Source: Parcubacteria group bacterium
Lineage (GTDB): Bacteria; Patescibacteriota; Minisyncoccia; Moranbacterales; UBA2206
Reading direction: 5' to 3'
Assembly (NCBI GenBank): GCA_041664225.1
Contig: JBAYLE010000005.1
Span: 1-60,171 of the forward strand
DNA length: 60,171 nt
This document shows, piece by piece, positions 9,469 through 17,027 of the stretch. A model generated the notes under the pieces. The model did no database searches. It was not told the origin of the DNA and saw only the letters and a list, made by a program, of their open reading frames with translations. How positions within the stretch are numbered: position 1 is the stretch's first letter; each line of letters opens with the position of its first letter. The position numbers were made by a program, and so were the translations under genes.

Positions 9469-10200
9469 ATGAAGACAGGAATTGAATCATTAGACAAGAA
9501 AATTGATTTCGGAATGTTCATGAAGGCCATGATGGGCAGGTTTAAGAGCATTCTGGCGGGCGTGCTTGATCCGGAAGAAAAACTGGAGCAGATCATCCAA
9601 GTGCTCGAAAGGGAAGTCCAGGGGAAAAGGGTTCTCGCCCGCGAGATTGGCGGACAGATGAGAGCCATTGCTGATCCGGACACAAAAGAACTCGAGCCGC
9701 TGGAAGCACTCAAAGCCAGGCGTGCAAAACTCGTGAAGCTTGGCGGAACGATGATAGACGATGTTGCCAAGGCTACCCAGCTCGGGCAGATTCAACAGGA
9801 GATCAAATCGATTGATGCCTTGGTTGCGTCCCAGCAGGCAACATACGATACTCTTGCTGAAAGCTATACGCTCGCTAAGGGAAATTATCAGGAAGCCTTC
9901 TCGGCATTGGAAACGGTCCGCAGAAATGGTCCGGCCATGCTTAAGGCGATACAGGCACATAAGGACGCGCTTGCGCAGAGAGATAAAGCGAGAGACGAGG
10001 AGTCTATCGACACGAGTTTTCTCGCTGATCTTACTGCGGAGCTCAGCAAAACGAAGGCTGAGTTGCGTTCAGACACTGAGATCGAGAGGGATCTCGATGC
10101 ATCTGATACGCATGTGATCGACAGGGCACTTGCCGAAATGGACAAAGCTACAGTCGATGAGGGGCTGATGGCCGAGTTCAGAGCAGCGACCGGGAAATAA
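9469..10200 (+). CDS. PspA/IM30 (ESCRT-III-like) family protein
   Basis: FKSILAGVLDPEEKLEQIIQVLEREVQ aligns by eye with the PspA N-terminal helix ([27 protein letters not shown]). The remainder is coiled-coil. SD GAAGGAGG. Confidence 0.6.
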   Translation: MKTGIESLDKKIDFGMFMKAMMGRFKSILAGVLDPEEKLEQIIQVLEREVQGKRVLAREIGGQMRAIADPDTKELEPLEALKARRAKLVKLGGTMIDDVAKATQLGQIQQEIKSIDALVASQQATYDTLAESYTLAKGNYQEAFSALETVRRNGPAMLKAIQAHKDALAQRDKARDEESIDTSFLADLTAELSKTKAELRSDTEIERDLDASDTHVIDRALAEMDKATVDEGLMAEFRAATGK

Positions 10201-10220
10201 CGATTAATCATAAGCATATG

Positions 10221-10251
10221 GGGGGCAGAGGAAACTCTGCCCCGTTTTTTT
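10221..10251 (+). terminator. Intrinsic terminator after the PspA-like gene
   Basis: GGGGCAGAG-GAAA-CTCTGCCCC followed by T7. Confidence 0.8.
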
Positions 10252-10298
10252 ATCCTCTTTTTAGGACGTCCCCAAGGCTCTTTATTGGTCCGTTAGTC

Positions 10299-10327
10299 TT
10301 GACAAAAATTATCTTTTTTGCTACGCT
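10299..10327 (+). promoter_or_regulatory. Promoter-like TTGACA-N17-TACGCT (with TGC just upstream of -10) and no ORF downstream
   Basis: Hexamers read directly. Same tgcTAnnnT -10 style as three other promoters in this window. Confidence 0.45.
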
Positions 10328-10334
10328 CTAATGT

Positions 10335-10499
10335 CGTTAAAAATTTGGTTTTTACAGTCTCGCACGTAAGTTCAAATGCAAGCCTCCTCCTTGGTTTGCG
10401 TTTGAGTAAGCGCAATCCAAAGTGATAATTCACCGCGGGATGCCACTCACGCGCGGGACTGTGAAAAGCAAAGATGTTTGGAGCAAGAGCACTCTTTTT
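10335..10499 (+). ncRNA. Candidate small structured RNA (class unknown)
   Basis: 10-bp closing helix ACAGTCTCGC (10354-10363) / GCGGGACTGT (10453-10462). 12-bp hairpin 10373-10404 with loop TCCTCCTT (anti-SD-like). GTGA-TAAT-TCAC hairpin. T-run near 10495. No ORF of 60 aa or more. Confidence 0.3.
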
Positions 10500-10561
10500 G
10501 TTTATTTTGGCTTTAAAATACTTTTTTTAAGCCAAAAAAACTGAATTTTCGGGAAAGGGGC

Positions 10562-10590
10562 TTGACAAGACCTTTCTTTTCTGCTAGGAT
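10562..10590 (+). promoter_or_regulatory. Promoter TTGACA-N17-TAGGAT for the 10719 gene
   Basis: Hexamers and spacing read directly. Gives a leader of about 120 nt containing two hairpins. Confidence 0.55.
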
Positions 10591-10718
10591 GGACAGTTAT
10601 GGTTGAAAAAGGATAGAAGGTTGTTTCACAAGGGGATGAGAGACGTTTGATCTCTCAAATAAAAATATTTTAGTATATCTCTGGGACAAACGTCACCAGA
10701 GAAAAAGGAGGATTTGTT

Positions 10719-11213
10719 ATGAACACATCCGTAATCGTTGGTCTGTTGGCAGTTGTAGCAGCTTTGTTTATTGTCTACAAAATGGGCAAGGGTTCGGTCG
10801 TTGTGCCGGTTCAGACACTTGGTATCGATAAGGCCATCGGGATACACCAGGGGCTCATGAAACCGATTGAGACCATCGTCGAAGCAAACGGCGACGGGAT
10901 TGATGAGAAGACCAAGGTCTTCGTAAAGACAGTAGCCTCGGCTGTGGCTGCGTTGTCCATAAGAAACACAGCCGATTCATTCGGTATTGATGACAACATT
11001 GCTCCGGAAGGCAAGCAGCGGATCGATGAGCACAACGCGGTGATAAACACAGCGTTGAAAGCCCACGAGACAATGCGTAACGAGAAAGAAAGCATTATCG
11101 AAAAACTACAAACCGAGATTAAGGAACATGACGGTATAACGAAAAAGACCGTTGGAAATCAGACAGAGGCCATCAAGACAACAGAGGCCGCTATGTCGTT
11201 CTTCCAGGTCTAA
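10719..11213 (+). CDS. Single-pass membrane protein, function unknown
   Basis: Strong SD AAAGGAGG 7 nt upstream. N-terminal TM (VIVGLLAVVAALFIVY), helical C-terminal half. Confidence 0.7.
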   Translation: MNTSVIVGLLAVVAALFIVYKMGKGSVVVPVQTLGIDKAIGIHQGLMKPIETIVEANGDGIDEKTKVFVKTVASAVAALSIRNTADSFGIDDNIAPEGKQRIDEHNAVINTALKAHETMRNEKESIIEKLQTEIKEHDGITKKTVGNQTEAIKTTEAAMSFFQV

Positions 11214-11226
11214 CAGTCTCATCCCC

Positions 11227-11286
11227 AGAAGGGAGTTTTATGGAGGCGACAACAGTCACTTCCATAGAACCCCTTCTATTTTTTTA
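11227..11286 (+). terminator. Long hairpin plus T7 between convergent genes
   Basis: AGAAGGG ... CCCTTCT outer stem, TATGGA ... TCCATA inner stem, then TTTTTTT. Abuts the pth stop. Confidence 0.6.
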
Positions 11287-11814
11287 CAAAAGTTTTTTAA
11301 TCTCACTCAAAACATCGTTCTCGATGTTTTTTATTTTTTCTTTTTCCTCTTCTGAAAATTTATCCAGTACATAGTCGTGGGCGCCTAATCTGCAAGTATC
11401 TTCGTCACTATTATCTTCGCCAATTCCAATTCTGATGCGTTTGAATTTTTGGGTGCCGAGTTTTTCTATAATATTCTCGACGCCATGATGCCCGGCGGAA
11501 GAAGAGTCGGTGGCGACTTTGTATTTGCCAACAGGAATGTCCAGATCGTCATGGATAACAATAATGTCATCGGGTGTCAGTTTGTAAAAAGTTAAGATGC
11601 TTCGCACGGCCTCGCCTGAAAGATTCATGAAAGTTCGCGGCTTCACTAGCAACGTGTCATTGCCTTTAGAAATTTCTGCGTTAAATTTTTTATTGAATTC
11701 CCACGGCGAAAAATTCCAATCTCTTTGAAGTTTGTCCACAATTTCAAAACCCACATTGTGTCGGGTGTGTTCATATTCTTTTCCTGGATTACCGAGTCCG
11801 AAAATTAGTTTCAT
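11284..11814 (-). CDS. pth: Peptidyl-tRNA hydrolase
   Basis: MKLIFGLGNPGKEYEHTRHNVGF signature; GHHGVENI. Confidence 0.9.
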   Translation of the reverse strand: MKLIFGLGNPGKEYEHTRHNVGFEIVDKLQRDWNFSPWEFNKKFNAEISKGNDTLLVKPRTFMNLSGEAVRSILTFYKLTPDDIIVIHDDLDIPVGKYKVATDSSSAGHHGVENIIEKLGTQKFKRIRIGIGEDNSDEDTCRLGAHDYVLDKFSEEEKEKIKNIENDVLSEIKKLL

Positions 11815-11819
11815 ATAAA

Positions 11820-13304
11820 TTAATTTTTATTAAAATCAGCTGACTCTTGATCATCGCGCGCTTTATTCAAGTCCTCAAGTGTTCCTTCCTCCATATTATA
11901 CTTCGCTACTAAATCTTTTCCAAGGACGACGACGATGTCGAATTTGGAGCCGGAATATGACGGCAGGGAATAATCTGAATAGGAAATAACCGCTGGCAAT
12001 TTTGTCACCAACTCATTGGCAGTAAATGGTTTGGTGCCACTAGTGGAATCATAAACCATGGAAACATCGACAGGGGATTTATTGGAACTATTTATAGTAA
12101 TCACATTTTTGTAGGCCAAATTGACGTTCAGAAGCTTTCTGATTTTTTCAGAAAGTGAAAAATCCCCGCTTTGGTTCACAATCGCGATGCGCGCGCTTTC
12201 CTTTGCAATTTCATCGCGCGTTCTTTTTATTTTATCCAAATCAAAAATATTCTGGGCAAGATCCTGAACTTCGCTATAATTTCCAACACGCGGTATTAGG
12301 GCGGAAAATTGGGCGTCCGGATTGCCGGTGTGGATAATTTTCAAAAGACTGTCCTTGTTCCACGCGTCGAGCACGGCGTTGGTGATGTTTTGAGTGTCCA
12401 GTTTTTTGGAAAGTTCCAGGAAACTTCCAATTTCATCCGGAGTGATATTGGTGGATGCGTTGTTCCCCAAGGTATCAAGCAAATTATTTAAGGCAATCGG
12501 ATTAAAGATGGTTGTGGCGGAGAAAATTTTATTTTTAACCGCCTGCATAATTTCTTGCTGTCTTTTGGCGCGTCCGAAATCACTCTGGGGATCATTGTGC
12601 CGTTCGCGCGCGTATTTGAGTGCTGTGGCGCCATCGAGATGGTGGAAGCCTTTTTTAAGTTCAAAAATTTCATAGCTGTAATTCGGTCCCGGGTAACGGG
12701 CATCGTAAAGATCTTTTTCGTTTACGATGTTGATGCCGCCGATATCATCAATGGCTTTTCGAAATCCATCGAAATTAAGCACGGCCCAATAATCAATGTC
12801 GAGCGCAGTGATACTTTTAATGACTGCCAAAAGCGGGTCAATCGTATTTGTTCCGGAATTTTTCGCGCTGTTCATGCCAAGCTGATACACAGTGTTTATT
12901 TTGTTTTGGTAACCAGTATTTGGGATAGTGACATACAAATCGCGCGGGATGGAAAGCATGGCCACCCGGTTGGTTTTGCGGTCAATACTCATAATCATGA
13001 TAGTGTCGGTGAGATATTGGCCCGGTTTGCCTTTGCCCGCCATACCTAAAAGCAAAATATTGATACGGTTTGGATCAGCACTTCCGAGATCGATGGAATT
13101 ATCAGTAGTCAGTGATTTAACGGTTTCAAGGAAAGAGGGTTGTGAGGTTGCATTATCCACGCTTATTTTTTTACTGACAGAATAAATTTTATACATGAAA
13201 AAACCGCCATAGGAAAGCGCGGCGAGAAACACGACTGCCAATAGGATAAAAAATACTTTTTTGCCCGTATTTTTTTTGGGTGATCGGTAATAAATCGCAT
13301 CCAT
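11820..13304 (-). CDS. LytR-CpsA-Psr (LCP) family cell-envelope phosphotransferase
   Basis: N-terminal TM, then INILLLGMAG ... TDTIMIMSID ... MLSIPRDLYV ... ALKYARERH, typical of the LCP domain. Confidence 0.8.
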   Translation of the reverse strand: MDAIYYRSPKKNTGKKVFFILLAVVFLAALSYGGFFMYKIYSVSKKISVDNATSQPSFLETVKSLTTDNSIDLGSADPNRINILLLGMAGKGKPGQYLTDTIMIMSIDRKTNRVAMLSIPRDLYVTIPNTGYQNKINTVYQLGMNSAKNSGTNTIDPLLAVIKSITALDIDYWAVLNFDGFRKAIDDIGGINIVNEKDLYDARYPGPNYSYEIFELKKGFHHLDGATALKYARERHNDPQSDFGRAKRQQEIMQAVKNKIFSATTIFNPIALNNLLDTLGNNASTNITPDEIGSFLELSKKLDTQNITNAVLDAWNKDSLLKIIHTGNPDAQFSALIPRVGNYSEVQDLAQNIFDLDKIKRTRDEIAKESARIAIVNQSGDFSLSEKIRKLLNVNLAYKNVITINSSNKSPVDVSMVYDSTSGTKPFTANELVTKLPAVISYSDYSLPSYSGSKFDIVVVLGKDLVAKYNMEEGTLEDLNKARDDQESADFNKN

Positions 13305-13394
13305 AGGTTTATAATACTAAATAATGAACAGAATGGCGAATTTCAGAATTCGGGATGTTTTTATTTTTTGGCTTAAAACAGGCTTTGGTTACTA

Positions 13395-14102
13395 TTGCCA
13401 AATAGCCAATTTTCTGATAAAATGGAGAAGTTAAATCGCAAAAAATCTATAAAAATGGGTGATAATTTGGAAAAATGGGCTCCCCGAGAAACAAAAGAAG
13501 ACAATCTTGACGAGAAATATTACGGCGTCGGCGGGTTTATTTTGGAGATAATCAAAGTTTTCGTTCTGGCTTTCGTCATCATATTTCCCATCAGGGTTTT
13601 TTTATTCCAGCCCTTTTTTGTGCAAGGCGCCAGCATGGAACCAAATTTCGAAAATAATCAATATTTGATCGTGAATGAGTTTGGCTATAAAAAAACAGTC
13701 GCGGATATCAATGGCACGACGCTTTTCACTGTCAATCCTTTCAAGGAGATCCAAAGGCAAATGGTCGTCGTTTTCCGCTATCCGAAAAATCCATCCCAAT
13801 TTTTCATCAAGAGAGTAATCGGCCTGCCAGGAGAAAAGATCCAGATCAAGGATAACAAAATCACCATTTTCAATTCCGAGCATCCGGACGGATTTGTTTT
13901 GGATGAGAGTGCGTATCTTGCGTCGAAAGTCATAACTGCCGGCGATTTGATCATAAACCTAAAAGAAGATCAATATTTCGTATTGGGAGATAATCGCGGA
14001 GCCAGTTCTGATTCGAGATCGTGGGGGCCTGTTCCGGAGGCAGATGTGATTGGGAAAGTGTTACTGCGAGCGTGGCCGCTCAATCAGCTCTCTGTGTTTT
14101 AA
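13395..14102 (+). CDS. lepB: Signal peptidase I
   Basis: GASMEPNF (catalytic Ser box), IKRVIGLPGE, GDNRGASSDSRSWGPV. The start is uncertain: TTG at 13395, ATG at 13422 or 13455. Confidence 0.85.
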   Translation: MPNSQFSDKMEKLNRKKSIKMGDNLEKWAPRETKEDNLDEKYYGVGGFILEIIKVFVLAFVIIFPIRVFLFQPFFVQGASMEPNFENNQYLIVNEFGYKKTVADINGTTLFTVNPFKEIQRQMVVVFRYPKNPSQFFIKRVIGLPGEKIQIKDNKITIFNSEHPDGFVLDESAYLASKVITAGDLIINLKEDQYFVLGDNRGASSDSRSWGPVPEADVIGKVLLRAWPLNQLSVF

Positions 14103-14158
14103 AATTTGTAAATTAATATTTATTTATAAAATTACAAAATTAAAAATTACAAAATTTT

Positions 14159-15580
14159 ATGTCAATTAAGCAAAAAGTTAAAAAGACCAGTCGCAAGACT
14201 TTGAAACAAGAAAAAAAGAAAGTGGTGATGGAAAAGGAGCCCTTGCTTTTGCAGCCGCCGCGGGGCATGAAAGACATTTTGCCCAATGATCAATGCTACT
14301 GGGATCAGGTCAGGCGGTCGACGGAAAAGTTGGCGCGTGAATACGGATATTTGCGAATTGATACGCCACTAGTTGAATTTAGCAATCTTTTTGCCCGCGG
14401 GGTCGGAGAGGGAACGGATATCGTAGAAAAAGAAATGTATAATTTCGTGACGAAAGGCGGAGACAAGGTGGCGTTACGGCCGGAAATGACAGCTGGAACT
14501 TGCCGAGCGTATATCCAACACGGGATGAATGTTTTGCCGAAGCCGATTAAGCTTTTTTCAACTGGTCCGGTTTATCGTTATGATCGACCGCAAGAAGGCA
14601 GGTATCGAGAATTCTACCAAGTTAATTTTGATGTTTTTGGAGAACAGGACGCGATTTTGGATGCGCAAGTGATCCAGGTGGCGGCGCGCGTGGTGCAGAG
14701 TTTGGGCATCAAGGCGGTTCAGATCCAGGTTAATTCGATTGGTTGCGCAGCCTGCCGCAAGGAATATCGGGAATTGCTCATAAATTATTTAGAGTCTAAG
14801 AAACAAAAACTGTGTCAGGATTGTAAAAACAGATTAGAGAATAACCCGCTCAGAGTTTTGGATTGTAAGGAAGATAAATGTTCTCAAGTGGCGGCCACGG
14901 CGCCCCAATCAGTCGATCATCTTTGTGATGAATGCCGGGTGCATTTCAAGAGCCTTTTGGAATATCTGGATGAGTTGGAGTTGCCTTATGTTATCAATCC
15001 GCAATTGGTGCGTGGTCTGGATTATTACACTAAAACTGTTTTTGAAATTTGGTCGGCTGATGAAGAGGGCCGAAAAAGCGCCCTGGGCGGCGGCGGCAGA
15101 TATGACGGGCTGATCAAATTGCTGGGCGGGGAGGCGACGCCGGCTATCGGTTTCGGTCTGGGAGTTGAGAGACTAATCATTGAAATGAAAAGAGTCCAGG
15201 CTAAGCCGTATCGCGCGCCTAAGCCAAGAGTCTTTCTGGCGCAATTGGGCGATCTGGCCAAGAAGAAAAGTTTGAAACTGTTTTCTGAACTCGAAAAAAG
15301 CGGCATTTTGGTGGCGGAAAGTTTTGGCCGGGGAAGCCTCAAGTCGCAGTTACGCGTGGCGGACAGGCTGGGCGTGGAACTGACTTTGATCTTAGGCCAA
15401 AAGGAGGCGTTGGATAAGACGGCGATAATCAAAAACATGATTACCGGCGTCCAGGAAATTGTCAGCATGGATAAATTGATCGATCTGGTGAAAAGAAAAC
15501 TGAAGACAGACAATGTAGTGGTCTATCACGATAATAATCATCAGAATAACAATCACGATGGCGATCACGCCGCGCAGTAA
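14159..15580 (+). CDS. hisS: Histidyl-tRNA synthetase
   Basis: GMKDILP, class II motifs (LRPEMT, YRYDRPQEGRYREFYQ, GGGRYDGL), anticodon-binding domain. Short His/Asn-rich tail HDNNHQNNNHDGDH. Confidence 0.9.
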   Translation: MSIKQKVKKTSRKTLKQEKKKVVMEKEPLLLQPPRGMKDILPNDQCYWDQVRRSTEKLAREYGYLRIDTPLVEFSNLFARGVGEGTDIVEKEMYNFVTKGGDKVALRPEMTAGTCRAYIQHGMNVLPKPIKLFSTGPVYRYDRPQEGRYREFYQVNFDVFGEQDAILDAQVIQVAARVVQSLGIKAVQIQVNSIGCAACRKEYRELLINYLESKKQKLCQDCKNRLENNPLRVLDCKEDKCSQVAATAPQSVDHLCDECRVHFKSLLEYLDELELPYVINPQLVRGLDYYTKTVFEIWSADEEGRKSALGGGGRYDGLIKLLGGEATPAIGFGLGVERLIIEMKRVQAKPYRAPKPRVFLAQLGDLAKKKSLKLFSELEKSGILVAESFGRGSLKSQLRVADRLGVELTLILGQKEALDKTAIIKNMITGVQEIVSMDKLIDLVKRKLKTDNVVVYHDNNHQNNNHDGDHAAQ

Positions 15581-15585
15581 ATTTT

Positions 15586-15933
15586 ATGGATTGTATTTTT
15601 TGCAAAATTATTGCGAAGGAAATTCCAGCTGAAGTGGTCTATGAAGACGAGCAGATTCTGGCCTTCAAGGATGTCCATCCGTTGGCGCCGATCCATGTTT
15701 TGGTAATTCCCAAAAAACATATCGGAAGCATTAATGATCTCTCGGAAGCGGATGAGCAATTAGCTGGACACATGATTGTGGCGGCGAAAAAAATAGCGGA
15801 GGACTTGCAAACATCTGAGAAAGGGTATAAACTGCTATTTCGCGTGGGTGAATGGGGCGGGCAGGAAGTTGGGCATCTGCACCTGCATTTATTGGGGGGC
15901 GCCCAGTTGTATGAAGAAATAAGACCGATATAA
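15586..15933 (+). CDS. HIT-family (histidine triad) nucleotide hydrolase
   Basis: CIFCKI ... HLHLHLLGG histidine-triad motif. Confidence 0.85.
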   Translation: MDCIFCKIIAKEIPAEVVYEDEQILAFKDVHPLAPIHVLVIPKKHIGSINDLSEADEQLAGHMIVAAKKIAEDLQTSEKGYKLLFRVGEWGGQEVGHLHLHLLGGAQLYEEIRPI

Positions 15934-15968
15934 TTTTTTTTATATCTAATGTAGAGAGGAGGTTTTTT

Positions 15969-16229
15969 ATGATCGAGGTAAAAAAGAAAGACAGAGAAAC
16001 TTCTGAGAGTTTAATCAGAAGATTCAGCCGCCGGGTTCAACAGAGCGGTGTTTTGGTGCATGCCAGAAAGACCAGATTCAGAGTTGATGAAAAAAGCAAA
16101 ACCGAACTGCGCCAGGGCGCAATGTATAAGGCTAAAGTCAAAAAAGTTGTTGACCGTTTGAAAAAAATGGGCAAGTTTGACGAAGGCACTTTCAAAAACG
16201 TAAAGAAAAAATTAATTCCCAAAGAATAA
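15969..16229 (+). CDS. rpsU: 30S ribosomal protein S21
   Basis: Small basic protein with ESLIRRFSRRVQQSGVL ... ARKTRF. SD AGGAGG upstream. Confidence 0.75.
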   Translation: MIEVKKKDRETSESLIRRFSRRVQQSGVLVHARKTRFRVDEKSKTELRQGAMYKAKVKKVVDRLKKMGKFDEGTFKNVKKKLIPKE

Positions 16230-16233
16230 TTAT

Positions 16234-16686
16234 ATGTCTTTGAAACAAAAAATATTTTCGGATATGAAAGAAGCGATGAAGGCGGGAGATGCGATGAAGC
16301 GCGATACTTTGCGCATGCTGGACTCGATGATCAAAAATACCGAGATAGAGCTTAGGAAAAAAGAAGAAGGGCTAACTGACGCAGAAACGCAGGATGTGAT
16401 CGCGCGCGCGGTGAAGCAGAGAAAAGACGCGGTGGCGCAATACGAGGCCGGCGGGCGTCCGGAGTTGGCGGAAAAAGAAAATCAGGAAATCGAAATTCTG
16501 ATGCAATATATGCCGGAGCAGATGAGTGAAGAAAAAGTGCGGGAAATTATTCAGGAAGTTATTAAACAGACCGGTGCCGCCACCAAGGCTGACATTGGCA
16601 AAGTTATGGGGCAGGCGATGGGTAAGCTCAAAGGTCAGGCTGACGGTAATTTGGTCAAAAAGATCGTAGAAGAATTGCTGAAATAG
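16234..16686 (+). CDS. GatB/YqeY-domain protein
   Basis: MSLKQKIFSDMKEAMKAGD ... RDTLRML ... QRKDAVAQYEAGGRPELAEKE, typical of YqeY. The common rpsU-yqeY pairing is present. Confidence 0.8.
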   Translation: MSLKQKIFSDMKEAMKAGDAMKRDTLRMLDSMIKNTEIELRKKEEGLTDAETQDVIARAVKQRKDAVAQYEAGGRPELAEKENQEIEILMQYMPEQMSEEKVREIIQEVIKQTGAATKADIGKVMGQAMGKLKGQADGNLVKKIVEELLK

Positions 16687-16715
16687 ATTATTATTTGGGG
16701 TTGTATTATTCTTTG

Positions 16716-16816
16716 CGAGAGGGAAAGTTACTGGCTTAGGCGGCGCAATGCCGTTGTTCCGGATGCTTATTAGTAATCCGAGGTCTAGCCAGGGAGGGTT
16801 CTCTCTCGTGTTTTTT
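16716..16816 (+). other. About 95-nt multi-helix RNA structure ending in a T-run (complex terminator or unclassified cis-element)
   Basis: Outer helix CGAGAGGGAA/TTCTCTCTCG, second helix CTGGCT/AGCCAG, internal hairpins CGGC-GCAAT-GCCG and CGGAT-N11-ATCCG, then TGTTTTTT. Confidence 0.4.
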
Positions 16817-16840
16817 AGAGAAAAAATCTTTAGATAAAGC

Positions 16841-16877
16841 AAAAACCGCCATTTTAAAAACCGGGCGGTTTTTGTTT
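16841..16877 (+). terminator. Intrinsic terminator (second in tandem)
   Basis: AAAACCGCC ... GGCGGTTTTTGTTTT. Confidence 0.65.
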
Positions 16878-16888
16878 TGGCTCGGAAT

Positions 16889-16930
16889 TTGCTTTTTGAG
16901 GCTGGGCTTGCTACGATAAAATACTTTATC
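16889..16930 (+). promoter_or_regulatory. Promoter TTGCTT-N17-TACGAT overlapped by the inverted repeat GATAAA-N4-TTTATC
   Basis: The 23 nt TTGCTACGATAAAATACTTTATC are identical to a second copy at 19138-19160. Confidence 0.55.
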
Positions 16931-17027
16931 AAGGAGGGATAGAGTAAATTCTTTAACAATTTGGGTTTAGAAAAATAAAGGTATGTAGGAATAGATTGTT
17001 AACCAGAAAATAAATAGAGGGGGCGGA

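Noticed and set aside
10370-10400. Minus-strand AAGGAGG followed by a TTG-initiated 9-codon mini-ORF (MHLNLRARL)
   Set aside because: There is no ATG and no obvious promoter on that strand. The same bases form the loop and stem of the plus-strand hairpin downstream of a good promoter. It is mentioned as the alternative explanation in the corresponding finding.
12328-12336. Perfect DnaA-box 9-mer TGTGGATAA (also TTATCCACG near 13152), considered as a sign of oriC near parAB
   Set aside because: The boxes are isolated inside the LCP coding sequence. There is no cluster of boxes, no AT-rich unwinding element and no dnaA/dnaN in the window. About one perfect match is expected by chance in 60 kb.
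14700-14960. Cys-rich insertion in HisRS (CAAC, CQDC, CKEDKC, CDEC) as an unusual zinc module
   Set aside because: As far as I recall, this Cys-containing insertion between motifs 2 and 3 is common in bacterial HisRS. Only the short His/Asn-rich C-terminal tail is atypical, and it is too minor to report as a finding.
15025-15513. 162-aa minus-strand ORF
   Set aside because: It is antisense to hisS, a shadow ORF.
16716-16816. Possible ZTP, purine, PRPP/ykkC, THF riboswitch or SRP RNA
   Set aside because: I compared it by eye with the remembered consensus cores: ACUGGCG...CCGCCUGGGC for ZTP, the purine three-way junction loops, GGGUUCCGG...GGUCCGAGAG...CCCGGGAGA for ykkC, and the GGAA tetraloop with AGCAGCC for SRP. 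Only fragmentary resemblance was seen and the element order is wrong. It also lies upstream of the promoter rather than in a 5' leader. I kept it only as an unclassified structure.
16372-16959. 195-aa minus-strand ORF across the yqeY 3' end and the intergenic structured region
   Set aside because: It crosses two terminator hairpins and a promoter and has no SD. The region is better explained by RNA structure.
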